This document shows positions 11,629 to 22,018 of a DNA stretch of 33,624 nucleotides, piece by piece (position 1 is the first letter of the stretch; every line of letters starts with the position of its first letter). Under the pieces are notes generated by a model. The model ran no database searches. It was not told where the DNA came from and worked only from the letters and a program-made list of their open reading frames with translations. The translations under genes were made by a program, and so were the position numbers. Location: assembly GCA_943704425.1 (NCBI GenBank), contig CALSCP010001339.1:1-33624 (forward strand). The letters run 5' to 3'. This DNA is from Ministeria vibrans ATCC 50519 (lineage: Eukaryota; Protista; Filasterea).

Positions 11629-13014
11629 ATGAGCGAACCGTGGGATCGCGTCGCGGTGGCGGCTGGTCGTGCGTACGCGTCCAACATGGAGCTGATGATG
11701 TCGGAGACGGGCGAACGATGCCGGACGGATCCGCCAAGTGAGATTGGCGCTTGTTTTGCATTGGGCGCCAACGGAAAGATTGTGTGTCGCTTTCCTACAG
11801 CCGATGGAGAGCCATGTCGGTCACAGGGGTTTGTGGGCGAGGGTGTGCGGAAACACTTTATCGTGAACCATCCCATGAGCAAGCACCGCGTTGTCTGTGT
11901 CGTCTGCAATTCGTATGTTGGTTCAAGTCACCTCAAACGTCACGTTGCTTCACACCACAGCAACACATTCACAGCCACCGTCATGGAACGCAGTCCGTTG
12001 GAGGACGGAGGATGNNNNNNNNNNNNNNNNNNNNNNNNNNNNNNNNNNNNNNNNNNNNNNNNNNNNNNNNNNNNNNNNNNNNNNNNNNNNNNNNNNNNNN
12101 NNNNNNNNNNNNNNNNNNNNNNNNNNNNNNNNNNNNNNNNNNNNNNNNNNNNNNNNNNNNNNNNNNNNNNNNNNNNNNNNNNNNNNNNNNNNNNNNNNNN
12201 NNNNNNNNNNNNNNNNNNNNNNNNNNNNNNNNNNNNNNNNNNNNNNNNNNNNNNNNNNNNNNNNNNNNNNNNNNNNNNNGAGTGGGTTGCGCATCATTTC
12301 TCAAACTCCCATCCTCGGAGTGTGTTCCGCGTCAACTGTGTGGTGTGCAAGGAGGATGCGGCGCCACACGGAAGCACATTGAAGCGCCACCTGCTGCAAT
12401 CGCACAGTGATGTATTCACTCGTGGCTGTGACTGGCTGAGAGTGTACGCTTCACTTGTGCGCAGTGAGCTGGAGGAGCGCAATGCGAGTGAGGCTGTGAT
12501 TGTGCGTGAGCTGCAGCTGTTGCATGAGAGCGAGCGAGTGCCGTCGTCATTCTCTGGTTGGTTGTCGCGTGCGCAGAAGGAGAAGGAAGTGGGGAGTGGG
12601 TGCGGTGCGGTGGATCTCGACGCGTCGTTTGAGCGACTGGCCAATGGTCGGTTCAAGTGTCGAATGGTGCGACCGGCGACGGGACAGGTGTGTGATACTG
12701 CACCATTCACAAAGAGGAATGTGAGTGGTCATTTTGGCATTTATCATGTGCTAAGTGTGTATCGCACTCGATGTGCCATCTGCTCGCAATCCGTGTCCGA
12801 GGCGAGCAGTCTGCGCAAACACCTGCGCTGCCGTCACTCTGCGTTGTTCACTCCCACTGTGTTGGCGTCGACCTGGAAGAGTGTGTACAGTTGTAATGTA
12901 CGTAGTGCAATGATGCGAGAGGGAAAGAGTGAGAGTGCGATTGAGAGAGAACTGAGCATTTTGTATGAGCATGAGAAAGTGCCTGCCTTGTTTAAAAGGT
13001 GGGCAACGCAATAA
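11629..13014 (+). CDS. Triple-repeat C2H2/BED-like zinc-finger protein, copy B (about 461 aa; contains a 265-N gap)
   Basis: Nearly identical to 7287-8676 and in a single frame across the gap. Each unit has C-x9/10-C-x12-H-x4-H followed by C-x2-C...LKRH-x4-H; the helical W..VY...VRS..ERVP..F..W tail is visible in units 2 and 3 (unit 1 tail falls in the gap). Confidence 0.8.
   Translation: MSEPWDRVAVAAGRAYASNMELMMSETGERCRTDPPSEIGACFALGANGKIVCRFPTADGEPCRSQGFVGEGVRKHFIVNHPMSKHRVVCVVCNSYVGSSHLKRHVASHHSNTFTATVMERSPLEDGGXXXXXXXXXXXXXXXXXXXXXXXXXXXXXXXXXXXXXXXXXXXXXXXXXXXXXXXXXXXXXXXXXXXXXXXXXXXXXXXXXXXXXXXXXEWVAHHFSNSHPRSVFRVNCVVCKEDAAPHGSTLKRHLLQSHSDVFTRGCDWLRVYASLVRSELEERNASEAVIVRELQLLHESERVPSSFSGWLSRAQKEKEVGSGCGAVDLDASFERLANGRFKCRMVRPATGQVCDTAPFTKRNVSGHFGIYHVLSVYRTRCAICSQSVSEASSLRKHLRCRHSALFTPTVLASTWKSVYSCNVRSAMMREGKSESAIERELSILYEHEKVPALFKRWATQ
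12015..12279. other. Assembly gap (265 N)
   Basis: N run; its length equals the corresponding interval 7674-7938 of copy A. Confidence 0.99.
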
Positions 13015-13019
13015 AATTT

Positions 13020-13061
<42 letters not shown>

Positions 13062-13809
13062 TATTTTTATTAATTTTTCTGTTTCATTGAAGTCTCATTT
13101 TGTTGCTGAAAGCGCAATATGTTACATTATGGATGATGTAAGTCATAAATACAGCAAGTGAGTCAGCAACATGTCCCCGGAATAGTATGACGGGTGGCTC
13201 ACTATAACTAACTGTGCTGGAGTTAGGTTTATTTTCAAAGTATGCGTGAAATTTAGTAATAATAATAATTATTATTATTATTATTTTTATATTTTTAATT
13301 TAATAATAATTTTAGTTTTTACTGATCACTGGTCATCACTCTTTTTTCATCATGCAGTTCCGATACAAGTTTTTGCTTGCTTTTGCATTCAGCGCACTTC
13401 TGTGTGTATCTATGATGCCTCAAGGTACGCTGCAACGCCTCGATTTGGTGTTATGTCCGCATATTTTTGCGACCTCAGGTTTTGCGCTGTCGCCGGTTGT
13501 TGTTGGGGCATGCTTGTCTTCGGCATAGCTTTGTAAAGCCGCCTGGCACCGAGGAAGCGAGAGACGCCGTGGAATAGTCTCGAAACAAGCCCGTACCACG
13601 CGGACGTCGTTGATTCGCCCGTCTTTCCGTCGCCTCTCCGCCCTCATTCCTCCCTCTCATTTGCCTTCTACCGCGTCGCCCCCGTTGCTCTATGTCTTCC
13701 TGTACCCGCCCACTGTACCGGATTCGCTTGAATGTCTCGCAAATCGGGAGAGGACCGCACAAACCTGAATTATTGTCGTCCCTCTCTTCTTTCTCTCTCT
13801 CTCCTGTAG

Positions 13810-16800
13810 CTGTTCGAGCTGATGGCGGAGAAGTTGACCCCGAATCGGCACCTGTCGTTGTTGACGACGTTGTGGGCGAGCGTGAGGGCACGGATGCGAC
13901 TGTTGTCGACAAGTACGAAATCACTAAGCTGATGTGACACTTTTAATGTTTTAATATAATTATTTTTATTGTGGTTTATATAGGGAAGATGAGCGAATCA
14001 AGCTCGACGGATTATCGGGTGCCGAGGTGAAGCTGTTGCGCGACCAGGCTGAGAAGTTTGAATTTCAGGCGAGCAATCAGCGTCTGATGCAGTTGATCAT
14101 CAACTCGCTGTACAAGGTATTGATCATATTATCATGTCTTACATGTCTGATCTCACATTCTCTCCCTCCATCACTCTGTCTCTCTGTGTCTTTTCTCTCT
14201 CTCTTTTGTCTCTTTGTTTTTTTTTTTGTAGAACAAAGAAATTTTCCTGCGTGAATTGGTGTCGAACGCCAGCGATGCGATTGACAAGATCCGTATGATG
14301 TCGCTGACCAACCCAGAACTGGCGGGTACGCTGGGCGAGCTTGGCATCAAGGTCAAGGCAGACAAGGACGCCAACGTGCTGCACATCATCGACACGGGCG
14401 TGGGCATGACCAAGAAGGAGCTTGAGGCGAACCTGGGTACGATTGCCAAGTCAGGCACTAGCGAGTTCCTCGATAAGCTTCAAGGATCATCAAGCGAGGT
14501 ACAACCCCAAGAACAACAAAAGAAATACGTTTGTAAACTTTGCTGTTTCATTCGTGTGATAGGACGCATCAAACCTCATTGGACAATTTGGTGTTGGGTT
14601 CTACTCGGCGTTCCTTGTTGCCGACACAGTTGTGGTTACGACCAAGAGCAACGACGACGACAAGCAGTACATTTGGGAGAGCGACGCTCACTCGTTCACC
14701 ATTGTTGAGGATCCTCGCGGAAACACTCTTGCGCGCGGAACGCAGGTGAGTCACTTTAATCAACTTATAAATAAATGAATAATAATTATAATAATAATTA
14801 TTATTATTATTTATTGTGTATACGTGTGACTGATTTGCGTGTGTGTGTGTGTTTGTGTTGTGTAGATTTCTCTGTTCTTGAAGCCGGAGGCAAAGGAGTT
14901 CCTTGAGCAGACCAAGATTGAGGAGCTGTTGCACAAGTACTCTGAGTTCATTCAGTACCCGCTTGCGGTGTGGTCGTCGACGACGGAGACGGTCGAGGAG
15001 CCCATTGAGGAGGATCTGACGGCCGAGGAGACCGAGAAGAAGGCGGACGAGAACGACGAGGAGGCCAAGGTGGAGGAGGAGCAGGAGGACAGCAAGCCCA
15101 AGACCAAGTCGGTCGAGAAGACCACCTGGGACTACAAGGTTGTCAACGAAAACAAGCCCATCTGGACCCGCTCGCCCAAGGACGTCACCGACGACGAGTA
15201 CAACCGCTTTTACAAGGACTTCACCAAGGACACAAACGTAAGCGATCACGTGTTCTGTCTCTCTGTGATTGGTCTCTTTTCTGTCTTGATGTATGACTGT
15301 GATTGTTTTCTTTTACACTTTATTATTATTTTCTTTTTGCCGTGTTCGTACTCTCTCTCTACCTCTCTCCCTCCTGTCTCACTGTCACGTTTTTTTTCTT
15401 CTCACTTTAGGACCCCATTGCTCGCACTCACTTCTCTGCTGAGGGTGAGATTACCTTCCGTGCCATTCTGTACATTCCGGCCGAAGCGCAGTCGGAGCAT
15501 CTCCAGAACTTCTACAAGAAGACCAAGAACGTCAAGATGTACGTGCGACGCGTGTTTATCACCGATGACTTTGAGGATATGCTTCCCAAGTACCTTAACT
15601 TCATTGTGGGTCTTGTTGATTCCGATGATCTTCCTCTCAACGTTTCACGCGAGACCCTCCAGCAGAACAAGCTTCTCAAGGTACATCGTCTGTGTGTATG
15701 TATATATATGTGTGTATGTGTGTATGTATGTATGCATGTATGTGTGTGTATGTATGTATGTGTGTGTGTGTGTGTATATGTATGTCGGACTGTGTGTCAG
15801 TCCATGCCTGTCTTTATTTCTGCTCTGTTTGTGTATCTCTTGTCTTTGACTCACCCTCTGATTCTTGTCATCCGTAGGTTATCCAAAAGAAGCTGGTTCG
15901 CAAGGCGATTGAGATGTTGAAGAATCTGGCAACCAACGACAGCGAAACGTACGACAAGATCTACAAAGAGTTCAGCGTGCACATCAAGATGGGTACGATT
16001 GAGGACCAGGCCAACAAGTCGCGTCTGAGCAAGCTGCTGCGGTTTGCCACGAGCAACGATTCTGAGAAGATGACGTCGCTTGCGGAATATGTCGAGCGCA
16101 TGAAGGACAAGCAGGTATCACTTGCCATCCACTCTCTTCACTCAACTCGTGTTATGTTCACTCTATTGTTCACTTTCTTTTCGCTCTTACTGGCCCACTC
16201 ACTTTTGTTTTATACTGTTGCGTCTTTTGCAGGACAAGATTTACTACATGGCTGGCCCAACACGCGAGGAGGTCGAGGCGTCGCCGTTTGTCGAGCGTCT
16301 CCTCAAGAAGGGCTATGAGGTGCTGTACCTGGTGGACCCCATTGACGAGTACCTGATGCAGAGCCTGACTGAGTTTGAGAGCAAGGGCTTCCAGTCGGTG
16401 GCCAAGGAGGGACTCACGTTTGGCGATGAGACGGAGGCGCACAAGGAGCTGGCAAAGCAGCAGGAGGAGAAGTACCAGCCGCTGCTGGACTGGCTCAAGG
16501 AGACGCTTGGCGAGTACATCTCCAAGGCGACCGTGTCGAACCGTCTGGCCGAGTCGCCCTGTGCGCTTGTCGCTCCGTCGTTTGGCATTTCGGGCAACAT
16601 GGAGCGCATCATGAACAGCCAGGCGATGGGCAACAAGAAGGATCCCATGTCGTCGTTCTACAAGACGCAGAAGAAGACGCTCGAACTCAACCCGGGCCAC
16701 CCACTCGTCGCAAAGCTGCTCGAGCGCATCGCGGACGGCGGCGAGGACGCCAAGACGGACGAGAGCAACAAGGACCTGGCGCTCGTGCTGTACGACACGG

Positions 16801-17048
16801 CTGTGCTGCGCGCCGGCTTTGCTCTGCGCGACTCGGCGCAGTTTGCCGGTCGCATTGAGCGCATGTTGCGCATTTCTGTTGGCGTCGATGTCAACGCGCC
16901 CGTCGAGGAGATGCCCGAGCCCGAGGTGACCGACGACGGCGATGAGGAAGACGACGACGATGCCGAGGAGGAGGACGATGCTGAGGAGGACGATGATGTC
17001 GTCGAGGACGCCTCTGAGTCCGACGAGCCTGTCCATGAGGACCTGTAA
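13810..17048 (+). CDS. HSP90B1: Endoplasmin / GRP94 (ER HSP90); signal-peptide exon upstream of 13810 not resolved
   Basis: Multi-exon: [10 protein letters not shown]..; [15 protein letters not shown]|[21 protein letters not shown]; [18 protein letters not shown]; [17 protein letters not shown]; [37 protein letters not shown]; acidic tail ending HEDL (ER-retention type). Confidence 0.97.
15690..15785. repeat. Mixed (GT)n/(GTAT)n intronic microsatellite
   Basis: Directly visible within a GRP94 intron. Confidence 0.9.
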
Positions 17049-17213
17049 AGACAACAATTTGAAGGGTGGCACTCTTTTTTTCTTTTCTTCTTCTTCTATT
17101 TTTCTCTTCTACAAGACATAGATAGTATGCGCCTTTTGCTGGTTTGGTTTGGTTTTTTTAATTTTTTTTTTAGGGGGTAGGGTTTTTACAGCGAAAGTGT
17201 GTATTAAGGGCCT

Positions 17214-17502
17214 TCAGGGCCACTTCCATTGCTTCGCGGGCGCGGGCTCTTCAACACTCTCCCATGCGGCCCATTGCTTTGTTTTCTCGGCGAGACTCAG
17301 CTCGTCGCGTGCCTCGCCAATGAGATCGTCGAGAGGACCCGCACCCGACGGGTACGTTGCGTCCGGGTCCGTCTTGAGCTGCAGCACCATGTCCAGTCGC
17401 TCCTGCGTGAACTTGGTCGTCGCGATGCGGTAGTGCGCCGTCGCGGGCATCTCTTTGAGGACAGCGAGCGTTTGCTCGTACAGCTGCGCTAACACCTACG
17501 CA

Positions 17503-17535
<33 letters not shown>

Positions 17536-17891
17536 CGAAAGAGAGAGAAAAAAATTAGAAACCCAACAGCGCAGTCGGGGGGACGCCAAAGAGGGGTATC
17601 GTGGTCGGAAGGGGTGGGGTAGACGTTGTTGGAGGGGGTGCCCAGTGGCGCGTGGGAAGATCCGGTGTGGAGAAACGAAGAGAGAGACAGAGAGTTTTTC
17701 TTCTTTTTGCAATGGTTACCGTTCTTGGCATATGGGCGCTCTTCATGGCAACGAGCCTCCCCATCTAAAGGACAGGGTAAAAACAAGAGGTCAGCAGCAG
17801 CGTGACGAGATGGAGGAGAGGGAGGGAAGCGAGAAATCAAGAACACAAGCGACAGCGCATGAAGACGTACTCTTCTTGTGATTCCCGACAT
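17214..17891 (-). CDS. NDUFA5: NADH dehydrogenase (complex I) accessory subunit NDUFA5/B13, about 115 aa
   Basis: Exons 17891-17871, 17764-17720 and 17495-17214 give MSGITRR|MGRLVAMKSAHMPRT|VLAQLYEQTLAVLKEMPATAHYR...LIGEARDELSLAEKTKQWAAWESVEEPAPAKQWKWP, collinear with NDUFA5 including the C-terminal QWKWP. Confidence 0.92.
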
Positions 17892-18032
17892 GGAGAAGAG
17901 ATCAAGATGAGCTGAAAAGTGGTAATAAAAAAAGTGAGACTTGTGGTCAGTTGGTCTGCGGTCTGTTAGTGAGTGATCAGTGAACTATTGACTATTGAAT
18001 CAGGTTATTTTTTTGTTACACACGTTCGTTGG
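17892..18032. promoter_or_regulatory. Putative compact bidirectional promoter between NDUFA5 and NPRL3
   Basis: Only about 141 bp separate the two divergent start codons; no specific element identified. Confidence 0.5.
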
Positions 18033-20096
18033 ATGGTCGTCGTGCTGCTCACGGTCAAGGGCAGTGGCGGACAACGCCTGTTGTTTCGATCGGACGACGT
18101 GGCGGTGGGCGCGGCGACTCGTGCAGCCGGCACACCCAAGCAGCGCCGCCCACTCGGTGCGTCGGTGCGTCGCTCCGTCATGGCGGCCAGCAGCGGGCCG
18201 CCTGCACGTCTGGTTGCGTCAAGCATTTCGCCGCTGGGCACCACGGTTGAGTCGTTGCTGGAGCGGAGCAACAGTGCGCCTGTGGCCGGCGACAGTAGTC
18301 TTGCCGCCAAATCGTCCGCAACTTCTCCCTCTCTTCCCGCCTCTCTGGGCTCGTCCATGGCGGGCGCGTCGTCTCCAGCCAAGTCGAACATGTCGTCCTT
18401 AAACGTGGGCGGTGCCTCGGCGGGCGCTGGCGGTCGTGTTGACCACTATGGCGAACTTCGCGGATTCAGCAGCTCAACACTGGCTGGCATGCTTTCGCCG
18501 CGCAACGCTCTTGCCGACCAGGAGTTCGCCCTCACCGTCGACACGCTGCTCTTTGTTGGACGGCCCATGCTGTTTGAGTGCGTCAAGGTGGAACCGACAG
18601 CGAGCAGCAACGGCGGGAGATGCGGCGGCAACCATGGCGACAAGGACGACAGCAACGAGGACGACGACGACGGCGACCGCCCCCACGACCCCTCTTGCGC
18701 TTCTTCTGCCTCTGCAGTCGCGCCTTCCTCCTCCTCCTCCTCCCCACCCCCTCCTCATCCTTCTTCTTCCTCCTCCTCATCCTCCTCCTCATCGGGGCGC
18801 ATGTTCCATGTCGTGTTTATGCTGGACGCGGAGAGAGTGCGCAGCAGCCCAGGCGACGTCCAGGCGCTCCAGGTATTGTCGGCACGTCTTGCCTCGGCAA
18901 TCCAACACGAAGAGCGTCGCTGTGGCTACTTTAGCGAACAAGAGACGATTCTTGTGCGCGAACTGGACGCCATGGTGAGCAACGAAGGGGTGAGCGCTTT
19001 TATTGCGCAACAGACTCGCGTAAGCTCACTGGCACGCCTACTCAACGACGCAGCAGAGACACTGCGCGGAAGTCGCGTTAACGAGTCGATGCGACTGCGA
19101 CTCAACGATTGGCTTGACATTGACTTAGGAGTGGGGCTGGGCGCACGACTGCGGCAGCACCAGCTGCAGCGACGCGCCCAGCAGCACGCGTACCCGCGTC
19201 TGCTGCGCCGTCCCACTGTGAGTGCACGCCTGAGTACCCTTCGCGGTGACGTGGACTGCTTGCGTCCGTACCACTCGTTGCTTCTTCTGAGCGACGCCGA
19301 ACAGCTTCGCAGCGCGCTGTTCACCGACTACTATTCGCCCGCACTGCAGCAGCTCGTCGACGCAGTCGCCGTGGGGCCCATGCGGTCGTTTGAGACCATC
19401 TCGCTCGAGACGGGTGTTCCCCTCACCCAGGTGTATCGGCTCGCTGTGCACATGGTGAGCTGGCAACGCGCCCGCATTGTTCACACTGTCTCGCGTGCCG
19501 CAGTCTACACCGTTCATCCCACAGCCACGTGCAGTGCCCAGTCGCCACTCGTCCGTGAATTTGTCGATGTCTTTGGCGAAGGGTCGCATCTTCCGTCAAC
19601 TTTGCGTCAGTTCAACAACCCTCAGGCTCTTGCAGAGCACATGGCTCCCCTCACGGAAAGCGAAGAGCTCGAGCTCACGCGTGTGGTGTGCTGGATGCTC
19701 CGCCACACTCTCCTTCTTGAACTGCACACCTACGTTCATCTCAACGTGTCGACTGACCTCCCACCGCTCGAGACACGCACCACGAACACTCTTGATCATG
19801 CCATGAACGATGCTAATGAAAATAGCAACAATAGCCCACTGGACGACGAAGGAGACGATCCCGACACTGTTCACCTGTCCGCAGCACAACGCAACGCCCT
19901 CTCACACCATCCCGAAGCACACTCACGCCCCCACGAATTCCGTCTGCTCCTCCTCGTTGCGCCCTTCTTCTCCGGTCGTCACCACGTCACTGAGATCCTC
20001 TGGCGCACTGGTGTCTCCCGCGCTCAGCTTAATAAAGTCATGTCGGTCTTTTCCGACATCCTCATCATGTGCCGCCACGAAGCAGACGACGTGTAA
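18033..20096 (+). CDS. NPRL3: GATOR1 complex subunit NPRL3/Npr3 (apparently intronless)
   Basis: VVLLTVKGSGGQRLLFR (compare SVILVSSGSRGNKLLFR); GFSSSTLAGML..FALTVDTLLFVGRP; MFHVVFML; AIQHEERRCGY; LRPYHSLLLL; QVYRLAVHMVSWQRARIV; FFSGRHHVTEILWRTGVSRAQL. Confidence 0.93.
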   Translation: MVVVLLTVKGSGGQRLLFRSDDVAVGAATRAAGTPKQRRPLGASVRRSVMAASSGPPARLVASSISPLGTTVESLLERSNSAPVAGDSSLAAKSSATSPSLPASLGSSMAGASSPAKSNMSSLNVGGASAGAGGRVDHYGELRGFSSSTLAGMLSPRNALADQEFALTVDTLLFVGRPMLFECVKVEPTASSNGGRCGGNHGDKDDSNEDDDDGDRPHDPSCASSASAVAPSSSSSSPPPPHPSSSSSSSSSSSGRMFHVVFMLDAERVRSSPGDVQALQVLSARLASAIQHEERRCGYFSEQETILVRELDAMVSNEGVSAFIAQQTRVSSLARLLNDAAETLRGSRVNESMRLRLNDWLDIDLGVGLGARLRQHQLQRRAQQHAYPRLLRRPTVSARLSTLRGDVDCLRPYHSLLLLSDAEQLRSALFTDYYSPALQQLVDAVAVGPMRSFETISLETGVPLTQVYRLAVHMVSWQRARIVHTVSRAAVYTVHPTATCSAQSPLVREFVDVFGEGSHLPSTLRQFNNPQALAEHMAPLTESEELELTRVVCWMLRHTLLLELHTYVHLNVSTDLPPLETRTTNTLDHAMNDANENSNNSPLDDEGDDPDTVHLSAAQRNALSHHPEAHSRPHEFRLLLLVAPFFSGRHHVTEILWRTGVSRAQLNKVMSVFSDILIMCRHEADDV

Positions 20097-20390
20097 ACAA
20101 TCACAATAGTATAAACACTCAAAACACCACACTTTTTGTATTATTATAATTATATTGAAGAAGAAGAAACGAATTATTATGGATAATCATTACTATTATT
20201 TCAAGGGTTTCTTATTTTCTGTTTCGTTTCGTTGCGTGCTGCATCTTGTAGTTGAAAATTGAACTGTGCATACTATTTTTACAAAAGAAAATTAGCTGCT
20301 GACGGCAGATTAAAATAATAACAAAATACAAAATTAATTCAGTGTGGAGTCGACAATGTTTCAGTGCGTTCTTTATGAATGTAAGAATTT

Positions 20391-21550
20391 TTACACTCCT
20401 GTCCAAGTGATGTTCACTGTGCCCATTGCTTGGTCGACAATGGCCTGTGATCCACACGCGGGCTAAACACAAACCAATGGTGTCAGTAAGGTTGGGAAAA
20501 GTCATGTCATTCGACTGAGGGTTAGGACAACACAACCAATGGTGTCAGTAAGGGTAGGAAAAGGGCTGTCATTAGAGGTTGTCATTAGGCTTAAGATTAA
20601 GATTCTCATTGAAGGCGGTCATTAGACTTTGGGTTCGGGTTTGTCATTAGGAATGTCATGAGGATTAGGGTGAGTGATTCGAGTTGTTGTTGTTGTTGAC
20701 GTTACCTGCTCCTGCTTGGCAACAAAGAGGGGCTTGTCGACCGCCTTGCCGTTGACCTCGACGTGAATGTCGTACCAGCAGACATTGCCACTGGGGGGCA
20801 GCTCGCGGCAGTTGCGCGGCTGATGCTCAAGCACGAAGTAGGCAACGCTCTCCGTCGCATGCTGCTCGGGCAGCAGCTTGTACTGGAAGTTGCTCTGGCG
20901 ACCCGTCGACTTGGACGTCATGTTCATGAGGTACATGTTGGAGGCAGCCACGTAAGTCACGGAGGCCTGGATCTCGTCGCCCGCCCGCACAGCAATGGGA
21001 CTCGTCTGTTTGTCGCGCTCGTCAGTCCAATCGAAAATCTGCAAAACACAACACAATTCACAAAAAAGAAGACAATGAATATGAGTTTGTCGTTTGAATG
21101 GAACACACCTCTTGGAACATGTAGAAGGAGTTCCCGAGCCATTTGGACTGGATTGGCTGCAAGGGAGGACGTGGGATGAGTAAACAGTCGTTTTGTGCGT
21201 TGTCCTCACTTGGATGAGTGCGCCATCGCCCTTGGCGGTCTGCACACCGAACCAGAAGGCCTGCAACACAAGTGTCAGTCATAGTGGAAGGCAGCCCAGG
21301 GCACAGGGACGCGGCAGAGCAGCGCCAGAGGGCGTCTGGCAGGCGACAAGTTAGATCAGGCGAGACGTACTGGCGATCCGCCCGACTCCTCTGGCGTGTC
21401 TGGGACCCGCATCGTCGAGCTCATGAACGTGATCGTGTCGGATGGCTCGGCAGTGAACACCGCATACGACAGCCAGCCAGCAGACGGGTCGGCGGCGCGC
21501 GTGAGAGCGGCAAAGGCAACGACGGCAGACAGCCACAACACAACTTTCAT
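20391..21550 (-). CDS. Secreted beta-rich protein, probable glutamic peptidase family G1 (eqolisin)-like, about 227 aa
   Basis: Five exons joined by phase-0 introns: 21550-21371, 21260-21210, 21156-21109, 21038-20706, 20462-20391. Signal peptide MKVVLWLSAVVAFAALTRA. Motifs AFWFGVQ..GALIQP, VRAGDEIQASVT and AYFVLE resemble G1 motifs WVGIDG..ILQTG, VSAGD and AEWIVE. Confidence 0.6.
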
Positions 21551-22018
21551 TTTCGAATGTGTAATAATAACTCTGAATGAATGTGGAAAACTCAAAACCG
21601 AGAAACTGGAAATAATAATATATATATATATATATATTTTTTTTTTGGGGGGGGGGGGTCCATTTTCGTGTAAGCGTTTATTGTTACAGACGCTCTAAAC
21701 TCTAATAAATCTTATCAGGTATTACATCCGTCTTCAAAGATCTCATCCCATTTGTTGTTAACATTAATAATATTTTTTCTTATTATCTCGAGTTCTTATT
21801 TCGTTCTTATCAGGAGCGTCTTCGGAGGGTCGAGAGGAATCAGTTACAACATACAAGTAGACTGGTGCAGGACTGCAGGTAGCCAGACAAGTCACGCAAT
21901 GGGAATCATGCGTGGCTGTCGAAAATTGGAATCCTGCCACTCTATGGGTTCCTTTGGAGTTTCTAATTGTATTCGCTTCATTAATTAACTTCTTCGGCTA
22001 CGTTCCGCTTCTCTCCAC

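Noticed and set aside
6740-13100. Composite transposon formed by the two zinc-finger copies around the MFS gene
   Set aside because: No terminal inverted repeats, target-site duplication or DDE transposase domain seen; the MFS gene has ordinary introns.
13412-13809. Candidate GRP94 first exons (ATG at 13412, about 13453 or 13692)
   Set aside because: No canonical GT donor gave both the needed phase and a convincing signal peptide; a GC donor after MLVF is possible but unsupported.
16170-17072. 300-aa antisense ORF over GRP94, and similar long antisense ORFs over TBCK, NPRL3 and ROCO
   Set aside because: Expected shadow ORFs of GC3-rich coding sequence, well known for HSP genes; no independent motifs.
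336-20096. TBCK, NPRL3 and a lysosomal-type SLC49 transporter as an mTORC1/lysosome gene cluster
   Set aside because: They are interspersed with unrelated genes and there is no synteny evidence here; likely coincidence.
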